Origin: Eledone cirrhosa
Taxonomy: Eukaryota
DNA length: 64,000 nt
Assembly: GCA_964016885.1 (NCBI GenBank)
Contig: OZ024766.1
Location: 5,890,001-5,954,000, forward strand
Direction of reading: 5' to 3'
The notes under the pieces are model-generated. The model was not told the origin of the DNA. It ran no database searches and saw nothing but the letters and a program-made list of their open reading frames with translations. How positions within the stretch are numbered: the first letter of the stretch is position 1; each line of letters starts with the position of its first letter. Made by a program: the position numbers and the translations under genes. Positions 53,183 through 64,000 of this stretch are shown here, piece after piece.

Positions 53183-56100
53183 TCCAAATGTAAAACCATG
53201 ATACCTAGAATTAAGTTTATTTTCTCTTGGGAGTGGATGGTCAGTCGTACTGTCCACGCTTGGTGAGAGGTAGGTTGACCTGTACCTGTAAAAACTAACA
53301 CTCTCCCAAATGTAAAACCATGATACCTAGAATTAAGTTTATTTTCTCTTGGGAGTGGATGGTCAGTCGTACTGTCCACGCTTGGTGAGAGGTAGGTTGA
53401 CCTGTACCTGTAAAAACTAACACTCTCCCAAATGTAAAACCATGATACCTAGAATTAAGTTTATTTTCTCTTGGGAGTGGATGGTCAGTCGTACTGTCCA
53501 TGCTTGATGAGAGGTAGGTTGACCTGTACCTGTAAAAACTAACACTCTCCCAAATGTAAAACCATGATACCTAGAATTAAGTTTATTTTCTCTTGGGAGT
53601 GGATGGTCAGTCGTACTGTCCACGCTTGGTGAGAGGTAGGTTGACCTGCACCTGTAAAAACTAACACTCTCCCAAATGTAAAACCATGATACCTAGAATT
53701 AAGTTTATTTTCTCTTGGGAGTGGATGGTCAGTCGTACTGTCCACACTTGGTGAGAGGTAGGTAGAATTGTGACCTGTACCTGTAAAAACTAACACTCTC
53801 CCAAATGTAAAACCATGATACCTAGAATTAAGTTTATTTTCTCTTGGGAGTGGATGGTCAGTCGTACTGTCCACGCTTGGTGAGAGGTAGGTTGACCTGT
53901 ACCTGTAAAAAATAACACTCTCCCAAATGTAAAACCATGATACCTAGAATTAAGTTTATTTTCTCTTGGGAGTGGATGGTCAGTCGTACTGTCCATGCTT
54001 GGTGAGAGGTAGGTTGACCTGCACCTGTAAAAACTAACACTCTCCCAAATGTAAAACCATGATACCTAGAATTAAGTTTATTTTCTCTTGGGAGTGGATG
54101 GTCAGTCGTACTGTCCATGCTTGGTGAGAGGTAGGTTGACCTGCACCTGTAAAAACTAACACTCTCCCAAATGTAAAACCATGATACCTAGAATTAAGTT
54201 TATTTTCTCTTGGGAGTGGATGGTCAGTCGTACTGTCCATGCTTGATGAGAGGTAGGTTGACCTGTACCTGTAAAAACTAACACTCTCCCAAATGTAAAA
54301 CCATGATACCTAGAATTAAGTTTATTTTCTCTTGGGAGTGGATGGTCAGTCGTACTGTCCACGCTTGGTGAGAGGTAGGTTGACCTGCACCTGTAAAAAC
54401 TAACACTCTCCCAAATGTAAAACCATGATACCTAGAATTAAGTTTATTTTCTCTTGGGAGTGGATGGTCAGTCGTACTGTCCATGCTTGATGAGAGGTAG
54501 GTTGACCTGTACCTGTAAAAACTAACACTCTCCCAAATGTAAAACCATGATACCTAGAATTAAGTTTATTTTCTCTTGGGAGTGGATGGTCAGTCGTACT
54601 GTCCACGCTTGGTGAGAGGTAGGTTGACCTGCACCTGTAAAAACTAACACTCTCCCAAATGTAAAACCATGATACCTAGAATTAAGTTTATTTTCTCTTG
54701 GGAGTGGATGGTCAGTCGTACTGTCCACACTTGGTGAGAGGTAGGTAGAATTGTGACCTGTACCTGTAAAAACTAACACTCTCCCAAATGTAAAACCATG
54801 ATACCTAGAATTAAGTTTATTTTCTCTTGGGAGTGGATGGTCAGTCGTACTGTCCACGCTTGGTGAGAGGTAGGTTGACCTGTACCTGTAAAAAATAACA
54901 CTCTCCCAAATGTAAAACCATGATACCTAGAATTAAGTTTATTTTCTCTTGGGAGTGGATGGTCAGTCGTACTGTCCATGCTTGGTGAGAGGTAGGTTGA
55001 CCTGCACCTGTAAAAACTAACACTCTCCCAAATGTAAAACCATGATACCTAGAATTAAGTTTATTTTCTCTTGGGAGTGGATGGTCAGTCGTACTGTCCA
55101 TGCTTGGTGAGAGGTAGGTTGACCTGCACCTGTAAAAACTAACACTCTCCCAAATGTAAAACCATGATACCTAGAATTAAGTTTATTTTCTCTTGGGAGT
55201 GGATGGTCAGTCGTACTGTCCATGCTTGGTGAGAGGTAGGTTGACCTGCACCTGTAAAAACTAACACTCTCCCAAATGTAAAACCATGATACCTAGAATT
55301 AAGTTTATTTTCTCTTGGGAGTGGATGGTCAGTCGTACTGTCCATGCTTGGTGAGAGGTAGGTTGACCTGTACCTGTAAAAACTAACACTCTCCCAAATG
55401 TAAAACCATGATACCTAGAATTAAGTTTATTTTCTCTTGGGAGTGGATGGTCAGTCGTACTGTCCGTGCTTGGTGAGAGGTAGGTTGACCTGTACCTGTA
55501 AAAACTAACACTCTCCCAAATGTAAAACCATGATACCTAGAATTAAGTTTATTTTCTCTTGGGAGTGGATGGTCAGTCGTACTGTCCATGCTTGGTGAGA
55601 GGTAGGTTGACCTGTACCTGTAAAAACTAACACTCTCCCAAATGTAAAACCATGATACCTAGAATTAAGTTTATTTTCTCTTGGGAGTGGATGGTCAGTC
55701 GTACTGTCCGTGCTTGGTGAGAGGTAGGTTGACCTGTACCTGTAAAAACTAACACTCTCCCAAATGTAAAACCATGATACCTAGAATTAAGTTTATTTTC
55801 TCTTGGGAGTGGATGGTCAGTCGTACTGTCCACGCTTGATGAGAGGTAGGTTGACCTGCACCTGTAAAAACTAACACTCTCCCAAATGTAAAACCATGAT
55901 ACCTAGAATTAAGTTTATTTTCTCTTGGGAGTGGATGGTCAGTCGTACTGTCCACGCTTGGTGAGAGGTAGGTAGAATTGTGACCTGTACCTGTAAAAAC
56001 TAACACTCTCCCAAATGTAAAACCATGATACCTAGAATTAAGTTTATTTTCTCTTGGGAGTGGATGGTCAGTCGTACTGTCCACGCTTGGTGAGAGGTAG

Positions 56101-57003
56101 GTAGAATTGTGACCTGTACCTGTAAAAACTAACACTCTCCCAAATGTAAAACCATGATACCTAGAATTAAGTTTATTTTCTCTTGGGAGTGGATGGTCAG
56201 TCGTACTGTCCACGCTTGGTGAGAGGTAGGTAGAATTGTGACCTGTACCTGTAAAAACTAACACTCTCCCAAATGTAAAACCATGATACCTAGAATTAAG
56301 TTTATTTTCTCTTGGGAGTGGATGGTCAGTCGTACTGTCCATGCTTGGTGAGAGGTAGGTTGACCTGCACCTGTAAAAACTAACACTCTCCCAAATGTAA
56401 AACCATGATACCTAGAATTAAGTTTATTTTCTCTTGGGAGTGGATGGTCAGTCGTACTGTCCGTGCTTGGTGAGAGGTAGGTTGACCTGTACCTGTAAAA
56501 ACTAACACTCTCCCAAATGTAAAACCATGATACCTAGAATTAAGTTTATTTTCTCTTGGGAGCGGATGGTCAGTCGTACTGTCCACGCTTGGTGAGAGGT
56601 AGGTTGACCTGTACCTGTAAAAACTAACACTCTCCCAAATGTAAAACCATGATACCTAGAATTAAGTTTATTTTCTCTTGGGAGTGGATGGTCAGTTGTA
56701 CTGTCCATGCTTGGTGAGAGGTAGGTTGACCTGTACCTGTAAAAACTAACACTCTCCCAAATGTAAAACCATGATACCTAGAATTAAGTTTATTTTCTCT
56801 TGGGAGTGGATGGTCAGTTGTACTGTCCATGCTTGGTGAGAGGTAGGTTGACCTGTACCTGTAAAAACTAACACTCTCCCAAATGTAAAACCATGATACC
56901 TAGAATTAAGTTTATTTTCTCTTGGGAGTGGATGGTCAGTCGTACTGTCCATGCTTGGTGAGAGGTAGGTTGACCTGTACCTGTAAAAACTAACACTCTC
57001 CCA
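53183..57003 (+). repeat. 122-bp satellite, about 31 copies with 129-bp variants
   Basis: Unit ACTAACACTCTCCCAAATGTAAAACCATGATACCTAGAATTAAG...GACCTGTACCTGTAAAA; ORF offsets of 122. Confidence 0.95.
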
Positions 57004-57488
57004 TCCCCTCTGGCTTTCGGCTGACTGCCACAGACGGGACAGGTAGCAGTAAACTATGGTACAGGCCTAGATGGGTCATTGTTTGGCTGAGAGGGTGAAC
57101 TGACTAAGCGAATTTCTAGAGATCGCTACCCACCTGTTTTTGCGTCAATCGATGACCAATACTTTGTTATAACCAGACAATTCATCAGAGCATGCGAGAA
57201 TACTCTGATGAACTGACTGGTTATAACAAAGTATTGGTGATCGATTGACGCAAAAACAGGTGGGTAGCGATCTCTAGACCTACCAGTTCAGAGAAACAAT
57301 TGTCAGCCATGTGAATAAAGCTCTTATTGTATAGCAAACCATGTCACTCTTCTTTCTTGATTTATTATATATATATATATAAATCCCAGTAGAAGGAAGA
57401 CGTAGTAGAAGGAAGACCACGAAAAACATGGGCGGAGGTGGTGAGAGAGAAACTGGGTATAAGAGGGATAAGTTGTAGTGCGCAGGAG

Positions 57489-58500
57489 ACTTAGTGGTTA
57501 GAGCATTGGCCTTGCAATCGAAAGGTTGTGAGTTCAATTCTCAGACCGGGTGATGTGTTGTTTCCTTGAGCAAGACACTTTATTTCACATTGCTCCAGTT
57601 TACTCAGCTGTAGAAATGAGATGAGAGGGACTGGGGTCCCTATCATTCCACTGCAAAGTGGTCGTGGAGGTGCCACGACAAAAAAGCACCCAGCACTCAC
57701 TGTAAAGTGGTCGTGGAGGCACCACGGCAAAAAAGCACCCAACACTCACTGTAAAGTGGTCGTGGAGGTGCCACAGCAAAAAAAGCACCCAGCACTCACT
57801 GTAAAGTGGTCGTGGAGGTGCCACAGCAAAAAAGCACCCAGCACTCACTGTAAAGTGGTCGTGGAGGTGCCACAGCAAAAAAGCACCCAGCACTCACTGT
57901 AAAGTGGTCGTGAAGGTGCCACGGCAAAAAAGCACCCAGCACTCACTGTAAAGTGGTCGTGAAGGTGCCACGGCAAAAAAGCACCCAGCACTCACTGTAA
58001 AGTGGTCGTGGAGGTGCCACAGCAAAAAAAGCACCCAGCACTCACTGTAAAGTGGTCGTGGAGGTGCCACGGCAAAAAAAGCACCCAGTACTCACTGTAA
58101 AGTGGTCATGGAGGTGCCACGGGAAAAAAGCACCCAGCACTCACTGTAAAGTGGTCGTGGAGGTGCCACAGCAAAAAAGCACCCAGCACTCACTGTAAAG
58201 TGGTCATGGAGGTGCCACGGCAAAGAAAGCACCCAGCACTCACTGTAAAGTGGTCATGGAGGTGCCACAGGAAAAAAGCACCCAGCACTCACTGTAAAGT
58301 GGTCATGGAGGTGCCACGGGAAAAAAGCACCCAGCACTCACTGTAAAGTGGTCGTGGAGGTGCCACGGCAAAGAAAGCACCCAGCGCTCACTGTAAATGA
58401 GGTTGGTGTTAGGAAGGGCATCCAGCCGTAGAAATCAAGCCAGAATCAGTTCCCGTCCCACCCTTGCAAGCAGGGAAAAAGCAGACGTAAAATGAAATGA
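57489..58500 (+). mobile_element. CORE SINE A with an internal ~49-bp unit amplified about 15 times (57649-58395)
   Basis: Unit CACTGTAAAGTGGTCGTGGAGGTGCCACGGCAAAAAAGCACCCAGCACT between SINE head and tail. Confidence 0.9.
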
Positions 58501-58829
58501 AAAAAAAATGATATATATATATATATATATATAGTAATGGTTCTGTCTTTGCGCGTAATTGTTTTTCACCGCTCCTATTAATGACGTATTATTCGTTTTT
58601 TCCCGTTCTTTGCCAGCGAACGTCACCATGAACCAAAGTATCGTCTTCCTGTCTTCCTCCGGTTGCAACGTTTTTTGAAATATCCACTTCTGCGTTCACA
58701 GATTGACTTTGTTAGTTTCAGAAGATCCCGTTAAGGGTGAAAGCAGCGATTCTTTGCTTAAACTTTAATCTGTTATATTAATAAATATATATATATATAT
58801 ATATATAAATAAAATTGTGTGTAGCTCAC

Positions 58830-58973
58830 CTCGTCTTCCTTGGGGGAGCCTATAGAACTGCTGAGGGATGAGAGCAGTGCTGGTAGGATCTTGCCCAAAT
58901 GTCGGCTGAGCACATCACCGGCCACAGAGGACAGGAAGGCCAGAGCCCTGGTGTCCACAGGAGGTTTGATTAG
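58830..58973 (-). CDS. GCN1: GCN1 exon (LIKPPVDTRALAFLSSVAGDVLSRHLGKILPA...KEDE)
   Basis: LAFLSSVAGD.L.RHL motif; CAG/GTGAGC, 144 bp. Confidence 0.95.
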
Positions 58974-59325
58974 CTGAAAGATGAAACAGGGAGAAAGCAA
59001 TTAGAACAACGACCTCATTAGTTAACTTACATTATAAGTGTGTGTATATATATATATGTGTGTGTGTGTGTATATATATATATATGTGTGTGTGTGTATA
59101 TATATATATGTGTGTGTGTGTGTATATATATATATGTGTGTGTGTGTGTATATATATATATGTGTGTGTGTGTGTATATATATATATGTGTGTGTGTGTG
59201 TATATATATGTGTGTGTGTATATATATATATGTGTGTGTGTATGTATATATACATACACAAATATATATACATATATATAGTGACGAAACATAAGTCAAT
59301 TGTATCAACTCATAATCCTTTATTT

Positions 59326-59381
59326 ACTGCTATATATATTTCGATGATAGCCATTGAATGGCTATGACCTCATCAGGCAGT
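59326..59381 (-). ncRNA. Type I hammerhead in GCN1 intron
   Basis: ACTGC-CTGATGA-GGTCATAGCCAT TCA ATGGCTATCATC-GAAA-TATATA-TA-GCAGT. Confidence 0.75.
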
Positions 59382-59638
59382 TAGTCAGTTCTTAGATATG
59401 CCAGCTCTGTGTGTATAGTGTTGATGGTATCAGAGCCTTGGGACATATATATATATATATATTTGTATATATATATATCTCTATCTAAGGCGGGTAAAAT
59501 TCCCGAGATCCATGGACGAGTTCTCTCCAGCGGTCTCTGTCCCTCATTATCGCTGCCATATCCTGCATCTCCAACAGACCAGTGTCTGTCCTTAGGGCAT
59601 CAACATATGTTAACCTTGGTCTTCCTCTTCTAGTGTGT

Positions 59639-59675
<37 letters not shown>

Positions 59676-59677
<2 letters not shown>

Positions 59678-59955
59678 AGGCACATGGCTTAGTGGTTAGA
59701 GCATTTGGTTAGAGCATTGGCCTTGCAATCGAAAGGTTGTGAGTTCAATTCTCAGACCGGGTGATGTGTTGTTTCCTTGAGCAAGATACTTTATTTCACG
59801 TTGCTCCAGTTTACTCAGCTGAAAATGAGTACCAGCAATAGCTGGAGGTTCAACCCTGTCCAGGGGTCAGTCTTGTACTCTCAGTCGCTTCACGCCATGA
59901 AACCGGGATAAGCACCTGCCAAATGAGCCTTCTGGCTTAAGACAGACTTTAGACT
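59676..59955 (+). mobile_element. CORE SINE with family-A head and a different 3' tail
   Basis: After CORE continues GAAAATGAGTACCAGC...CTCAGTCGCTTCACGCCATGAAACCGGGATAAG. Confidence 0.7.
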
Positions 59956-60459
59956 TACGGCATGTCCGCCCAGCCAGTGGGATGGCGTCACCGTATGGCT
60001 AAAACAGCACGTGCTGTGACCAGCGGCGCCGAATGGTGCCCGACAGACTGGTCGGTCAAGGTGATATATATATATATATATAATTGTTTCTACTTTAGGC
60101 ACAAGGCCAGCAATTACCCAGTGCATTACTGGTACTTTATTTTGTCGACCCCGTAAGGATGAAAGGCAAAGTCAACCTCGGCGGGATTTGAACTCAGATC
60201 GTAAAGGGACGTAACTATATGCTGGAAAGCATGGCGTCCGACCCTCTACCGATACTGCCAATCCACAAGTCCGTTTACAATTGTTTCGCTACTCCATATA
60301 ATGTCTCTGGATCAAATGATTATAGATCATTATTGATCTGGTTCAGTTGAAAATAATTAAGTTAGGTACAATTAGAGCAGCTCATCGGAACTTCAATAGG
60401 AATATAAATATAATGAGAGAGAGATAAAAGACAGAAGTTATTAAGGGTGAGATATTTAC

Positions 60460-60552
60460 CTGTGGGACAAGATAAGGTAAGACTACTCGACTTTTGACTG
60501 TCATTACTTGTTTTAATCCATCCAGGGCCCACTCTGATGATTCTGGATCAGA
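60460..60552 (-). CDS. GCN1: GCN1 exon (SDPESSEWALDGLKQVMTVKSRVVLPYLVPQ)
   Basis: ALDGLKQVM..KSRVVLPYLVP motif; CAG/GTAAAT, 93 bp. Confidence 0.95.
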
Positions 60553-60938
60553 CTGGAAATATACAACAAAAACATCATTAAAACCCTTCAAATATGGCAA
60601 TGTAGGGGTTAAAGGGTTTATATTTAGGTAAGAACCTTTGTTAAATTATTTTCCAAACACCCCTGGTTCTATGATACAAAACTGTTTGTTTTAAAGTGTT
60701 TATGTTTATGTAAGAACCTTTGTTAAGTTATGTTCCAAACACCCCGTATTTATATTTATCTAAGAACCTTTGTTAAGTTATGGTCCAAACACCAACAGTG
60801 TCTTTCATTAGAAATATGGTTATGAAAGGGTTAAAGTGTTTATATTTATCTAAAAGGAACCTTTGTTAAGTTACATTCCAGACATAGACAGTGCCCTTCG
60901 TTAAAAATATGGCAACAGAAAGAAGCAGGGTAACTTAC

Positions 60939-61100
60939 CAGTTTCTGGAGTAGGGTTGGTAGGATCTCATCAAGGGCTCTGGCCCCAATGTTGTGGTGTA
61001 AGTTGTCGAAGGTTTTAGCGGCAGCCTCCCTTACTTCAGGTAAGGGGTCACATAGAGCCCGACGGACACTGGGGATTAGGTTGTTGGCAAACACAGTGAC
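60939..61100 (-). CDS. GCN1: GCN1 exon (VTVFANNLIPSVRRALCDPLPEVREAAAKTF...LLQKL)
   Basis: ALCDPL.EVREAAAKTF motif; CAG/GTAAGT, 162 bp. Confidence 0.95.
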
Positions 61101-61989
61101 CTGTAGAGTAGAGGGGGGTAACATGTGAGAGAGAGAGGAGATTGAGAGGGCGGGAGAGAGAATACATACAAACATATATATATATACACACATATATGCA
61201 TATATATACACACACACATATATATATACACACATATATATTCATATATACATACATATACATACACACACATATATATACATAGATACACACATATATG
61301 TATATATATACACACACACACACATATATATATAAATATATATACATGGAGGCACATGGCTTAGTGGTTAGAGCATTGGCCTTGCAATCGAAAGGTTGTG
61401 AGTTCAATTCTCAGACCGGGTGATGTGTTGTGTCCTTGAGCAAGACACTTTATTTCACATTGCTCCAGTTTACTCAGCTGTAGAAATGAGATGATAGGGA
61501 CTGGGGTTCATATCATTCCACTGCAAAGTGGTCGTGGAGGTGCCACGGCAAAAAAGCACCCAGCACTCACTGTAAATGAGGTTGGTGTTAGGAAGGGCAT
61601 CCAGCTGTAGAGATCAAGCCAGAACCAGTTCCCGTCCCACCCTTGCAAGCAGGGAAAAGGGGACGTAAAATGATGATGCTGATTCATATATACATCCACA
61701 TACATACATACATAAACATATATATACACACACACACATATACACACATATATGCATATATATATACACACATATACACATATATATACATATATATATA
61801 TATGTCAAGTATGAAATTTGTAGAAATTTGTAGAAAAAAAAAACAAATTTCTACAAATTTCATACTTGACAGCCCCATATATATACATATATATACATGT
61901 ATGTAAAAGGTAAACAGAAATAACAACACAATCAGTACAGTATATGGAAGGTATATATTAGGTTAACACTTGATATAGCAGGAAGAGGG

Positions 61990-62025
61990 TCTTAACGTTT
62001 CGGACGCTGGTCCTTCATCAGAAGA
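61990..62025 (-). ncRNA. Minimal hammerhead (dimer-type), same family as 29546
   Basis: TCTT-CTGATGA-A GGAC CAGC GTCC-GAAA-CG-TT-AAGA; palindrome AACGTT. Confidence 0.65.
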
Positions 62026-62061
62026 AAGGGACATAAAATAGATTAAGGGTACGGGCGGTAC

Positions 62062-62093
<32 letters not shown>

Positions 62094-62138
62094 TCTCCTA
62101 TAAAGGAGAGCCCTACCAAAATGGAAGGGTTTACTTAC

Positions 62139-62303
62139 GTGATCCCTGCTGGTGGAGGCCATAATTTCACTGAGCCCTATACAGACTCCCTGTCTCTCGT
62201 CACTGCGGTCTGAGTCCAGCCCTTTCTCAAGAATAGGAATAATCTCAGGCAACACGCGTTCTCCAAGTTTCCGCACTAAATCTCCAAGTGTCCGAGCAGC
62301 TAC
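62139..62303 (-). CDS. GCN1: GCN1 exon ([26 protein letters not shown]...STSRDH)
   Basis: GCN1 HEAT-repeat sequence [15 protein letters not shown]; CAG/GTAAGT, 165 bp. Confidence 0.95.
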
Positions 62304-62335
62304 CTGTCAGATAAACAGAGAAAAGATATATATGT

Positions 62336-62420
<85 letters not shown>

Positions 62421-62421
62421 C

Positions 62422-62461
<40 letters not shown>

Positions 62462-62478
62462 ATATATACATATACATA

Positions 62479-62563
<85 letters not shown>

Positions 62564-62658
62564 GTATATATATATATGTATATGTATATATATATATGTA
62601 TATATGTATATATATATATATATGTATATATGTATATATATGTGTATATATGTATATA

Positions 62659-62782
<124 letters not shown>

Positions 62783-62875
62783 CATATATATATACATATA
62801 TACACATATATACACATATATATACATATATACATATACATATATACATATATACATATATATATATACATATGC

Positions 62876-62924
<49 letters not shown>

Positions 62925-63477
62925 CATTTATATTTATATATATGCATATATATATATAAATATATATATATACACAAATATAGACATATATATATTTATA
63001 CATACACATATATATATATACATACTCATATATATATATACATACTCATATATATATATATATACACACATATATATACATACACATATAGGAGGCACAT
63101 GGCTTAGTGGTTAGAGCATTGGCCTTGCAATCGAAAGGTTGTGAGTTCAATTCTCAGACCGGGTGATGTGTTGTTTCCTTGAGCAAGAGACTTTATTTCA
63201 CATTGCTCCAGTTTACTCAGCTGTAGAAATGAGATGATAGGGACTGGGGTCCCTATCATTCCACTGCAAAGTGGACGTGTAGGCGCCACGGCAAAAAAAA
63301 GCACCCAGCACTCACTGTAAATGAGGTTGGTGTTAGGAAGGGCATCCAGCTGTAGAAATCAAGCCAAAATCAGTTCCCGTCCCACCCTTGTAAGCAGGGA
63401 AAAGCGGACGTAAAATGAAATGATGATGATATACACACAACAGACAGAGAGAGAGAGAGAGGGAGAGAGAGACTTAC

Positions 63478-63693
63478 CTGCCGTTTGTCGTAGCTGGTAC
63501 TGGCCAGACAGCCAAGCAGCAAGGAGAAAAGAACTGGTAGAATCTCCCTGAGGGTTCGTGGAGTGTTGGATACGATGATCTTCCAAACGTGCAGGGCAGA
63601 CTGGCGCACCAGGAGCGCTGTGTCTGACCGTCCCATATAGAGCCCGGCCAACACACGGTTGCGACGGCCCTTCCCAAAAACTCTGAGTACAGC
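63478..63693 (-). CDS. GCN1: GCN1 internal exon (AVLRVFGKGRRNRVLAGLYMGRSD...STSYDKRQ)
   Basis: Matches recalled metazoan GCN1 RRNRVLAGLYMGRSDT..VRQ..LHVWKIVVSNTPRTLREILP; CAG acceptor, GTAAGT donor, 216 bp, phase 0/0. Confidence 0.95.
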
Positions 63694-64000
63694 CTGTGGT
63701 AGCAGCGACGTGGCGGTGAGGGTTGGTTGTTGGAAGAGAAATAATAAGTCAAGAGTTAGTGTATATATATATATATATATATGGAGGCACATGGCTTAGT
63801 GGTTAGAGCATTGGGCTTGCAATCGAAAGGTTGTGAGTTCAATTCTCAGACCGGGTGATGTGTTGTTTCCTTGAGCAAGACACTTTATTTCGCATTGCTC
63901 CAGTTTACTCAGCTGTAGAAATGAGATGATAGGGACTGGGGTCCCTAATATTCCACTGCAAAAAAACACCCAGCCCACACTGCAAAGTGGTCGTGGAGGT

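Noticed and set aside
53158-56952. Repeated 68-aa ORFs or a CRISPR-like array
   Set aside because: Head-to-tail identical units with no unique spacers, no cas genes, eukaryotic intron

Overview
Eukaryotic, repeat-rich animal genomic DNA. The SINE families and (TA)n density suggest an octopod cephalopod (inference). Two spliced genes lie head-to-tail on the minus strand. The first is the 3' end of GCN1 (14 exons, 63693 down to stop at 33386, all GT-AG, phases consistent). The second is the 5' end of a p70 ribosomal protein S6 kinase (TOS-motif exon 24632-24739, a 29-bp micro-exon, three kinase N-lobe exons down to 1350, and a candidate first exon at about 27640-27700). Introns are filled with CORE- and Meta-type tRNA SINEs, RTE/CR1 LINE remnants, MITEs, microsatellites and several local satellites (61, 72, 122, ~133, ~240 and ~50 bp units). 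Nearly all long ORFs in the track are repeat artefacts. The most striking hidden signal is about 11 type I hammerhead ribozyme motifs (stem I - CUGANGA - stem II - GAAA - often palindromic stem III - NUH - stem I') from several different sequence families, plus degenerate copies. They resemble Penelope-like-element hammerheads. Many lie in host introns in pre-mRNA sense orientation, and some form tandem dimers or head-to-head palindromes. All structures were read by eye; none was folded computationally or tested.
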